Positions 9,024-16,269 are shown, counted from the first letter of the stretch. The stretch: 24,000 nucleotides of DNA from Azoarcus sp. DD4 (GCF_006496635.1 NZ_CP022958.1:2342700-2366699), one strand, 5' to 3'. Numbers and translations are program-made. The notes: a model not told the origin generated them from the letters alone.

Positions 9024-9404
9024 TTGGATCTCCGGCTCAATGATTAGTCTCTCGGTCCGAGTGGTAGAGGGCGCGACTCACCGAGGAGGAGGGCGCGGTC
9101 TGTTGCGAAAGCCATCGCCGATGCCGGTCCCTGAGATCGGTACGCTGGCTGCCTATGGGGCTCCAGAGAGCCGAGAAGGCATCACGAACCCCATGCCTGG
9201 CGCCTCGGGTCTTTCGCCCACTGCGCACTCGGCCCAAGTTTGCCGCATGGTGCTCGCTGGGCGGTAAATGGCCTAGCCGCAAGATCCGAGCCAACGGCCC
9301 CTGGAGATCAAGCAATGATTGAGTAACCGCAACAGTAAGCGGGCGCTTTCATTCGACTCACGGATAAGAAGCGGCACCCTCGCCGGCAGTCACGCCGCGG
9401 TACT

Positions 9405-9420
9405 TGGCATGGTGCTTGCA
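9405..9420 (+). promoter_or_regulatory. candidate sigma54 (RpoN) -24/-12 promoter TGGCATGGTGCTTGCA, reading toward the FadL-like gene and the CuMMO genes
   Basis: TGGCAT-N5-TTGCA has exact GG-N10-GC spacing and matches the consensus TGGCAC-N5-TTGCW at all but one specified position. It lies in the large intergenic region about 240 nt upstream of the ATG at 9660 and is correctly oriented. Confidence 0.55.
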
Positions 9421-9519
9421 TCTTGCCTCGCGTGCATCGCCAGCGAATTCGCAACAATGTACGTAAGTAGGGCTGATGTGACTCAGCTGGGTGTTTCACG
9501 ATACACATGTGGCGCAGCC

Positions 9520-9563
9520 TGTTACAGAAATGAGCGTGAGAATGTTACAGCCCCGCTGTTACA
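9520..9563 (+). repeat. three direct copies of TGTTACA (9520-9526, 9543-9549, 9557-9563) in the leader/promoter region of the FadL-CuMMO cluster
   Basis: The sequence reads cc-TGTTACAG-aaatgagcgtgagaa-TGTTACAG-ccccgc-TGTTACAT. This is an AT-rich heptamer in a GC-rich genome, clustered three times within 44 bp. One more copy is at 6694-6700. Confidence 0.5.
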
Positions 9564-9659
9564 TATCGCGGGCAAGACATTGGTGGCGTGCGGAAGGCAT
9601 TCGACGGCTGCAGGGAGGCCAGTATGTTTGCATCTGAGTCAAAGGAGAGAGGAGTAAAG

Positions 9660-11087
9660 ATGGGACAAAAACAGAAGAAGGCGATCATTGGCCGTCGCGC
9701 CGGACGACTCGCTGGCTTGAAGACAAGCGGCGCGGGGAGGATTGTGGCGGCGGCCGCCCTCACGTGCGCCACCGGAGCAGCCCACGCGCTTAATACCGGC
9801 ACGGACATGAATTTGTCCTTTAAGCCGGCCTCGGGGGGTATGGCGGGTGCTGCGTACACGAAGCCACAAGAGCCGTCGGCCGCCGTATTCGGTAACCCTG
9901 CGACGATGACTCAGCTCCGCGGAACGAATTTCGGCATCGGGGCTGCCTTTCTCGTTCCCGATGTGGATGTACATCAGAGCGGCGCGGGTGGCTCGCGCAC
10001 ATCGAGCAGTGATGCCCGGAACTATGTCATTCCCGACACCGCCGTCACCCATGAAATCGGTGGCGGCTGGTTCCTCGGTGGCGGTATCGAGCTGGATGCT
10101 GGAATTGGCGTCGACTATAGGGATGATCCCATCACCGTGCCGAGCGTCAGTACCGATCCGGGCGTGAGCGGACTGCCCCTGCTGGTCGAGCTCATTTCGT
10201 TCAACGCCAATGTCGCGGCGGCGAAGCAGGTGACGGAGCGGACCGCGGTTGGCGCGGCGCTTACGATCGGCTTCGGTTTGGCCCAGCTCGGCACCTCCGG
10301 CCCATCCGGGTCGTTTGGAGGGTTGCTTGGACCAGCCGGTTGCGAACCCGCGACGGCGGGTTCGTGCGGATTCGACGGCAACACTTCCAGCGTGCATGAC
10401 GTCGGATTCGGCGCATCGATCGGCCTGACTCACCGCCTCACGTCGGCGCTGACCTTGAGCGCAGCGCTGAAGAGCCCCGTGAAGTACAAATTCAAGAATA
10501 TTCTCCACCAGAGCGCAGTCGGCTCGCCGGGATTCCAGGACCTCACCGTCGAGCAGCCGTTGGAGGCGATCGTCGGTATGGCGTACGACGTCACCCCAAA
10601 CTGGATGGTCGAAGCCGACGTCGTATGGAAGAACTGGAGCAGCGCCGAGACCTACCAAGACGTCTATGACGATCAATACCTGGCCCTCGTCGGCACGCAG
10701 TACCGGACGGGGCCATGGAGTCTGCGCTTCGGCTACAGCTATGCCGAGGATATCCTGCGGGATACCCCCAGCAACACGCTCGGCAACCTGCGCGGGCTCG
10801 GTCCCATTCCGCTCGGGGCGGCTGCAGGTTCCCTCGGTACGGATGTCGTCAAACTGGTCCAGATGACCCTTGTCCCCGTCATCTGGCAGCACACGATTGC
10901 TGCCGGCGTCGGGTTCGACCTCACTTCCAACGTTCGCGTCGACGCATTCGGCGCCTACGGTTTCAAGAACGAAGAGCAGCGGACGACCTCCATCGGCGCG
11001 GCGCTCGCCGGGCCAGTGGGACCGGAAACTTACGAGGCCGAGGTCAGCGCGTGGGCGGTCGGAGCGGGAGTGAATTTCAGGTTTTAG
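9660..11087 (+). CDS. outer-membrane transport protein of the OMPP1/FadL/TodX family (hydrophobic-compound channel), about 475 aa
   Basis: ORF 9588..11087 trimmed to the ATG at 9660, which follows AAAGGAGAGAGGAG. The signal peptide ends ...ATGAAHA. The mature N-terminus has the family-type segment SGGMAGAAYTKPQEPSAAVFGNPATMTQL. The sequence is Gly/Ala-rich in beta-strand pattern and ends ...WAVGAGVNFRF, with the aromatic C-terminus typical of beta-barrel OMPs. Confidence 0.8.
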   Translation: MGQKQKKAIIGRRAGRLAGLKTSGAGRIVAAAALTCATGAAHALNTGTDMNLSFKPASGGMAGAAYTKPQEPSAAVFGNPATMTQLRGTNFGIGAAFLVPDVDVHQSGAGGSRTSSSDARNYVIPDTAVTHEIGGGWFLGGGIELDAGIGVDYRDDPITVPSVSTDPGVSGLPLLVELISFNANVAAAKQVTERTAVGAALTIGFGLAQLGTSGPSGSFGGLLGPAGCEPATAGSCGFDGNTSSVHDVGFGASIGLTHRLTSALTLSAALKSPVKYKFKNILHQSAVGSPGFQDLTVEQPLEAIVGMAYDVTPNWMVEADVVWKNWSSAETYQDVYDDQYLALVGTQYRTGPWSLRFGYSYAEDILRDTPSNTLGNLRGLGPIPLGAAAGSLGTDVVKLVQMTLVPVIWQHTIAAGVGFDLTSNVRVDAFGAYGFKNEEQRTTSIGAALAGPVGPETYEAEVSAWAVGAGVNFRF

Positions 11088-11238
11088 ACGGGGAGGGGTA
11101 TTCGACCCAGGATAGTTGCGTCTGTAGCGGACTGGAACGGTGAATCAAACGACACAGAGTCATTCGCCTGCGCATCGAGCGTGGGTCGATTGAAGAGCGA
11201 AGCCACACAGGTTTCACCCAGGAACAGGAGGAAGGATT

Positions 11239-12039
11239 ATGGGTATCATGCAAGCGGAAGTGGACCAGCCGGCCCGTCAGGTCGATGGGGGAGCGAGCCG
11301 GCCCTCGGCCCGGGCGGATTTTTCGACGGGTGCTATCGCGCCGATTCGCACAACCGCCCTTGGCGTTATCGGCATCCTCGTGCTGATGATCGCGTACAGA
11401 ATCTACCAGCAGGTCTTCGCCTGGTCTGCGGGGCTGGATTCCACGGACCCCGCGTTCGACACCTATTGGATGGGTTTGCTGCAGTGGCAGCTCCCAGCCA
11501 TTGTTGCGAGTTGGGCGGGCTTGTGGTCGTACCTTTTCGTGACGCGTGACCGACACCTCGACAAGCTGGAGCCACGCGAGGAGCTGAAGCGCTATTTCAG
11601 ACTGATCGGTTTCATCTTCCTTTACGCCTTCGCGGTCTATTGGGCGGCGAGCTTCTTTGCAGAGCAGGATGCGGCCTGGCATCAGACGGTGGTGCGCGAT
11701 ACGAGTTTTACACCGAGTCACATCGTGCTCTTCTATGGGACGATGCCGTTCTACGTGCTCTTCGGTGTCGGTTCGCTCCTGTATGCGATGACCCGGCTGC
11801 CGAGATTTGCTGAGCAGCTCTCGATTCCCTTCGTGCTGGCGGTCGCGGGCCCCTTCATGATCCTCCCGAATCTCGGATACAACGAGTGGGGTCACGCTTT
11901 CTGGATGATGGAGGAGTTCTTCTCGGCGCCGTTGCACTGGGGTTTCGTGGTCCTCGGGTGGAGCGTGCTTGCTCTCGGCGGCCTGCTCGTTCAGATCGTC
12001 CAGCATATGACGGAGCTCTTCCGCCGCTGCGACGCATGA
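11239..12039 (+). CDS. amoC: copper membrane monooxygenase subunit C (AmoC/PmoC family), 266 aa
   Basis: FFAEQDAAWHQTVVRDTSFTPSHIVLFYG, LYAMTRLP, GPFMILPNLGYNEWGHAFWMMEEFFSAPLHWGFVVLGWS. Both ligand triads are present: D144-x3-H148-x12-H161 and N215-x3-H219-x13-H233. AGGAGGA precedes the ATG. Confidence 0.96.
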   Translation: MGIMQAEVDQPARQVDGGASRPSARADFSTGAIAPIRTTALGVIGILVLMIAYRIYQQVFAWSAGLDSTDPAFDTYWMGLLQWQLPAIVASWAGLWSYLFVTRDRHLDKLEPREELKRYFRLIGFIFLYAFAVYWAASFFAEQDAAWHQTVVRDTSFTPSHIVLFYGTMPFYVLFGVGSLLYAMTRLPRFAEQLSIPFVLAVAGPFMILPNLGYNEWGHAFWMMEEFFSAPLHWGFVVLGWSVLALGGLLVQIVQHMTELFRRCDA

Positions 12040-12110
12040 GTAAACCCACGGCGGCGGCACCCCTCGTCGGTGGGATGTCGCCACCCGTTTTCGAATAGGT
12101 AACTTCCAAA

Positions 12111-12935
12111 ATGACAAACATTGCTGCATCGGAACAAGTGCGGATCTACGGAGTAACATGGTCGAAATGGTCAGCGGCGCTTTCGAGAAGATTTGACATC
12201 ATGGTTGCGGTGATTCTTTTCCTCGCGATCACTTCCGCCTTTCACCTCCATTTCATGCTGCTCGCCGGCGACTGGGATTTCTGGACCGATTGGAAGGACC
12301 GGCAGTACTGGGTGACGCTGACGCCGATCGTGGCGATCACATTTCCAGCGGCGCTGCACTATGTGTTTTGGGAGAAGTTCAGGCTCCCCTTTGGGGCAAC
12401 CTTTGCGATCGTGTGCCTCATCTTCGGCGAATGGATGAACCGATACTTCGGCTTCCATGTGTGGTCGTACTTCCCGTTCAGCGAGATCTGGCCCGCCACG
12501 ATGATTCCGGGCGCCATCGTCTTGGACGTCGTGTTGCTGCTCACGGGCAATTTCTTCCTTACGGCGGTGATCGGCGGAATAGGATTCGCATTGCTGTTCT
12601 ATCCGGCAAACTGGCCAATGCTCGCGGCCTACCACCTGCCGATGGAAGTCATGAACTCGGTGGTTTCGGTGGCCGACTACATCGGCTACACGTTCACACG
12701 GACCGCCACGCCCGAGTATCTCAGATTCATCGAACGCGGAACCCTGCGTACTTTCGGTGGCCACTCGGCTTGGGTCGCTTCGTTCTTCGCTGGATTCGTG
12801 TGCATGCTTATGTATTTCGCTTGGTGGTATCTGGGCATGCTCCTTACCAAGGTCGTCACCGTCCCGAACAAGTTCAAGCAGTTAATGGGGCTGAAGAAGG
12901 ATCCTCGGCCGTCGAGTGAGCAACTCGCCGTCTGA
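12111..12935 (+). CDS. amoA: copper membrane monooxygenase subunit A (AmoA/PmoA family), 274 aa
   Basis: HFMLLAGDWDFWTDWKDRQYWVTLTPIV, FGATFAIVCLIFGEWMNRYFGF, MIPGAIVLDVVLLLTGN, RTATPEYLRFIERGTLRTFGGHS and WWYLG are hallmark AmoA/PmoA blocks. The SD is weak, so the exact start is slightly uncertain. Confidence 0.96.
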   Translation: MTNIAASEQVRIYGVTWSKWSAALSRRFDIMVAVILFLAITSAFHLHFMLLAGDWDFWTDWKDRQYWVTLTPIVAITFPAALHYVFWEKFRLPFGATFAIVCLIFGEWMNRYFGFHVWSYFPFSEIWPATMIPGAIVLDVVLLLTGNFFLTAVIGGIGFALLFYPANWPMLAAYHLPMEVMNSVVSVADYIGYTFTRTATPEYLRFIERGTLRTFGGHSAWVASFFAGFVCMLMYFAWWYLGMLLTKVVTVPNKFKQLMGLKKDPRPSSEQLAV

Positions 12936-12982
12936 GACCCCGAACAGAACCAAGGGATACACGAATCAAAGGACGAATTTTC

Positions 12983-14239
12983 ATGATTTCGACATTCGGA
13001 AAATGTGTAGTACGGTTGACTTACGCAGTATGGTTCGGAGTACTGCTGTCGCTGTGCGGAAACGCGCTTGCACATGGAGAGCGCAACCAGGAACCCTTCT
13101 TGCGCATGCGCACGGCCCATTTCTATGACTTGCACTGGAGCACGACCAAGACGGAGGTGAATGGCGACATCGTCGTCACTGGCAAGTTCCGTCTGTTCAG
13201 CGACTGGCCAAAGAACCTGCCGGCTCCGGAGCGCTCGTTCCTCGGTAACGGCACGCCGGGTCCGGTTCTCGCACGCACGGAAAGCTGGATTAACGGCGAG
13301 CCGGCGATTCAGTCCGGCCGGCTCGAACTCGACCGCGACTACGAGTTCAAAACCGTGCTCAAGGGGCGCATCCCAGGCAAGCACCACGTGCACCCGATGA
13401 TCAACGTCGAAGGGGCGGGTCCGCTGCTCGGTCCCGGCAGTTGGCTGGAGGTAACGGGTAACGCCGCCGACTTCAAGTTGCCGGCGACGACAATCGACGG
13501 TACTCAAATCGAGAATCTCGAGACGTGGGGCATGGGGACCGTGAAGACCGTCCACATCGGCTGGTACATCGCCGCCCTGGTATTCATGCTGTGGTGGCTG
13601 CGCAAGCCGTTGCTGATGCCGCGTGCGGTTGCTCTGCAAGCCGGTAACGAGGAGGAGCTGGTTACCCGCGGGGACCGTCTCTGGGGTGCGGCTTTCGGCA
13701 TCGCGACCGTGGTCGTCGTGATTTGGGGCGCGAACTGGGCCGAGGCGACCTACCCCCGGACGATCCCGCTCCAAGGAGGCGAGTTCAACGTCGAGCCACT
13801 GCCGATGGACAACCGTACCGTCAGCGTCCGTGTCAGGCGTGCGACGTACGACGTCCCCGGACGTTCCATGAAGCTGAAGCTCGAGCTCACCAACGACGGC
13901 GACAAGCCCGTGTCAATCGGCGAATTCGCAACCGCGGGCCTGCGGTTCATCAACAAATCGGTTCCCGCCGCGGTCGCTGCGATCGATCCGACTTTCCCGA
14001 TGGATCTGGTGCCGCCCAGCGGACTGCAGGTGGCAGACAGCAGGCCGCTCGCACCGGGTGAGACGCGGCTGATCGAGATGGAAGCGACCGATGCAGCTTG
14101 GGAAGCCGAGCGGCTGACCAGCCTGCTGAACGACCCGGACAACCGGGTCGGCGGCCTGCTGTTCCTCTACGACGCTGACGGCGAACGTGTGATCGCCAAT
14201 GTGTCGGGTCCGATCGTGCCAGTGTTCACCAAGTCCTGA
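12983..14239 (+). CDS. amoB: copper membrane monooxygenase subunit B (AmoB/PmoB family), 418 aa
   Basis: The signal peptide ends ...GNALA, and the mature protein starts HGERNQEPFLRMRTAHFYDL. Other blocks are GRIPGKHHVHPMINV, two internal TM helices, ATYDVPGRSMKL, GEFATAGLRFIN and the C-terminal GPIVPVFTKS. The CuB-type ligands H31, H135 and H137 are present. Confidence 0.96.
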   Translation: MISTFGKCVVRLTYAVWFGVLLSLCGNALAHGERNQEPFLRMRTAHFYDLHWSTTKTEVNGDIVVTGKFRLFSDWPKNLPAPERSFLGNGTPGPVLARTESWINGEPAIQSGRLELDRDYEFKTVLKGRIPGKHHVHPMINVEGAGPLLGPGSWLEVTGNAADFKLPATTIDGTQIENLETWGMGTVKTVHIGWYIAALVFMLWWLRKPLLMPRAVALQAGNEEELVTRGDRLWGAAFGIATVVVVIWGANWAEATYPRTIPLQGGEFNVEPLPMDNRTVSVRVRRATYDVPGRSMKLKLELTNDGDKPVSIGEFATAGLRFINKSVPAAVAAIDPTFPMDLVPPSGLQVADSRPLAPGETRLIEMEATDAAWEAERLTSLLNDPDNRVGGLLFLYDADGERVIANVSGPIVPVFTKS

Positions 14240-14262
14240 GCTCCGGGCTCGGATCGTGATGC

Positions 14263-14288
14263 GCGCGGGACCATTCTCGGTCCCGCGC
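14263..14288 (+). terminator. perfect 10-bp GC-rich stem-loop (GCGCGGGACC-attctc-GGTCCCGCGC) just after amoB; possible attenuator or mRNA-stabilising hairpin, no U-tract
   Basis: Read directly from the sequence, 24 nt after the amoB stop and 3 nt before the SD (GGAGAG) of the next ORF. The missing T-run argues against a strong intrinsic terminator. Confidence 0.35.
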
Positions 14289-14301
14289 CACGGAGAGCTT
14301 C

Positions 14302-14916
14302 ATGCATTGTTGGTTTAGATCCAGGCTATTTGCGTTGTTGGCCGTTGGCTTGTGGGGGGGGATCGTCCCCCTTCAGGTCCAGGCTCATGGTGGGCTCAGC
14401 CTGGAGGAAGATAAGTGCAGGCTGACCATCGGCCCGTATTCGATGCACTTCACCGGTTACCAGCCCGAGGCGACCGGGACCAAGGAGTTTTGCGAGGATA
14501 TTCCCGAGACGGGTCACACCGTCGTGGCACTGGACGCCATCGACGAGCAGTTGAGACACCTGCCAATCGAGGTGCGGATCATTCGTGATACCGGTGACGA
14601 GAGCAACATCGACGCTGTGACCGTACTGCATCTGAAGCCCAAAACGTATCCTACGGGGAGCCTCTCCCTTGAGCACGATTTTCCGCAGCCGGGCAGGTTC
14701 GTCGGATTGGTTACCGCGGTTGGGGACAAGGAGACCTACGTCTCCCGGTTTCCCTTCAGTGTCGCCAGCACGTCGGCGGCACTGGCGAAGTACGTCCCGA
14801 TGGTTGGCGTCGTCTTGGCGGGCATCCTGCTCTACCTGTACTCCGGCCAGCGGCGCGGCAGGGAAGCGAGAAAGACGCGCGGTGTAGGCCCGAAGGCAGG
14901 CGGTTCGACCTCGTGA
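14302..14916 (+). CDS. exported single-pass membrane protein in the position, and with the architecture, of PmoD/AmoD/AmoE (signal peptide, about 130-aa periplasmic domain, C-terminal TM helix), 204 aa
   Basis: The signal peptide ends ...LQVQA, and the mature N-terminus is HGG. The Cys/Met/His cluster C39-RLTIGPYS-M48-H49 is followed by FC64EDIPETGH72. The C-terminal TM is YVPMVGVVLAGILLYLY, followed by a basic tail. SD GGAGAG precedes the ATG. The family assignment rests on position and architecture, not on an alignment. Confidence 0.55.
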   Translation: MHCWFRSRLFALLAVGLWGGIVPLQVQAHGGLSLEEDKCRLTIGPYSMHFTGYQPEATGTKEFCEDIPETGHTVVALDAIDEQLRHLPIEVRIIRDTGDESNIDAVTVLHLKPKTYPTGSLSLEHDFPQPGRFVGLVTAVGDKETYVSRFPFSVASTSAALAKYVPMVGVVLAGILLYLYSGQRRGREARKTRGVGPKAGGSTS

Positions 14917-15863
14917 AACGACAATCGAAGCGACTGAATTCGGGAGTCGCGGGGCTGTCGATCGATGGGGCATTCAAGCGAAAGTTCGCCTGGTCGCTCT
15001 GTTCTGTGCTGATTGTCATCGGACTCGGAGCGTGCTCGGGGGCATCAGATGCCGAGATTGCCGCGACACAGCGGGCCTTTGATTATTCGAAGAGCGAGCG
15101 GGAGGCTATCTGTGCGCCGGGCGACAAGTCCGGGGAGATGTTCAAGAACAATGAGAAATCGGCGGACGGAATCCGCTACAACATTCGAGCGCCGGCGAAT
15201 TACGATCCGACGGTCGGACATCCGCTACTGGTCGTGTATGCCGCAGGCGGCTCGAGCGCGGAAAGAACCGAGGCGCTGACGGGCTTCACGCCGGTGGCGA
15301 CAAAGAGGGGATACATCGTGGTTTATCCGGACCACCGTCCCATGTCGGTCGCCACGATTCACCGACTGGCGAGGATTCCAAGCGAAGTCGCGGACCATTG
15401 GTGTGTCGACCGAACGAAGATCTATGCAAGCGGGCACTCTGACGGCGGCACTGTGGCGACCGCGGTTGCGCTATTGGCCGAAACGAAAGGGACGTTGGCT
15501 GCGATCGCCCCCAGTGCCGCGGGCTTTTCCGCAGCAGATCTAGATGGCTTCGAGTGCCCTTCGCCCACGCCGGTAATGGTGATGCATGGCAGCGGGGACT
15601 TGGTCTTTCCCGGCTGGGGAGCGGCGGCTGCCAAGTGGTGGGGTAAGTGTAACCGATGTGACATATCCGTTGGAGCCGAGGAGGTGGGTAGCGGATGCGT
15701 TGAATTCAAGGGCTGCGCGGCGGGCGGCCAGACTCGGTTTTGCAGTTGGGAAGGATCCCATAGACAGTGGCCTGGAATGGAAGGGGAGGTGGTCAATTTT
15801 TTCGATGCTCGTTGGGGCGCCGCGATGAGTTCTTCTGCTCCGGTTCCGGCGCTTGTGAAGTAG
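14913..15863 (+). CDS. lipoprotein alpha/beta-hydrolase, PHB-depolymerase/LpqC-type esterase family, 316 aa
   Basis: The GTG start overlaps the upstream stop (GTGA at 14913-14916). Lipobox is VIGLGAC-SG. Family layout: IRYNIRAPANYDPTVGHPLLVVYAAGG, RGYIVVYPDH, nucleophile elbow YASGHSDGG, PVMVMHGSGDLVFP and a Cys-rich C-terminal part (WWGKCNRC). Confidence 0.75.
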   Translation: MKRQSKRLNSGVAGLSIDGAFKRKFAWSLCSVLIVIGLGACSGASDAEIAATQRAFDYSKSEREAICAPGDKSGEMFKNNEKSADGIRYNIRAPANYDPTVGHPLLVVYAAGGSSAERTEALTGFTPVATKRGYIVVYPDHRPMSVATIHRLARIPSEVADHWCVDRTKIYASGHSDGGTVATAVALLAETKGTLAAIAPSAAGFSAADLDGFECPSPTPVMVMHGSGDLVFPGWGAAAAKWWGKCNRCDISVGAEEVGSGCVEFKGCAAGGQTRFCSWEGSHRQWPGMEGEVVNFFDARWGAAMSSSAPVPALVK

Positions 15864-15881
15864 GTCCAGGACCGGCGTTTG

Positions 15882-15921
15882 GGGGAGGATGCACTACAGA
15901 CAGTCGTCTTCCCCTTTTTTT
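15882..15921 (+). terminator. candidate rho-independent terminator after the esterase gene (GGGGAGGA ... TCTTCCCC followed by T7)
   Basis: An 8-bp stem (one G-U pair), a long 17-nt loop, then TTTTTTT at 15915-15921, 19 nt after the stop. The large loop lowers confidence. Confidence 0.4.
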
Positions 15922-15945
15922 CTTTAACCAGCAAAGGGAAACATC

Positions 15946-16269
15946 ATGAGTGGAGCGAAGCTGATTGTGATCTATCCGATGCCGACGGATGTTGCGGCGT
16001 TCGAAGAGGTGTATCGCGACGAACACGTGCCGATGGCGATGGAAAAGCTCAAGGGAGCAACCAAGATCGTAGCCTCGAGAGTAGTCGGGGCGCCTGACGG
16101 AAACCCGGCCTTTCACAGAATTGCGGAGGTGCATTTCCCTTCTATGGTCGCGTTGGGAGAGTGTGCGGCCTCCGAAGGGGGGCAGCAGACCATCGACCAC
16201 GCGAGGCGGATCTCGTCCGGTGGCGCTCCCCTCTTCCTGGTCGCGGAGGAAGCAACGGTCGTTCTTTGA
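15946..16269 (+). CDS. EthD-family protein (TIGR02118-like small dimeric alpha/beta-barrel protein), 107 aa
   Basis: AKLIVIYPMPTDVAAFEEVYRDEHVPMAMEKLKGATKIVASRVVGAPDGNPAFHRIAEVHFPSMVALGECAASEGGQ... follows the EthD/TIGR02118 pattern as I remember it (K.v.lY..P.D...Fd.yY...H.pl......g.......y.....l.F.s.eal...l.s.eg). Confidence 0.8.
   Translation: MSGAKLIVIYPMPTDVAAFEEVYRDEHVPMAMEKLKGATKIVASRVVGAPDGNPAFHRIAEVHFPSMVALGECAASEGGQQTIDHARRISSGGAPLFLVAEEATVVL

Noticed and set aside
9306-9325. ATCAAGCAATGATTGAG as a possible FNR/CRP-family operator for the divergent regulator
   Set aside because: The half-sites are in the wrong order and spacing (TCAA-N7-TTGA rather than TTGAT-N4-ATCAA or TGTGA-N6-TCACA). 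The regulator also lacks the Fnr Cys cluster, so the canonical box need not apply.
11239-14239. Calling the operon outright ammonia monooxygenase (nitrifier) or particulate methane monooxygenase (methanotroph)
   Set aside because: Substrate cannot be read from the sequence by eye. The window has no hao/cycAB and no methanol dehydrogenase genes. The neighbouring genes point elsewhere. The amo symbols are used only as family labels.
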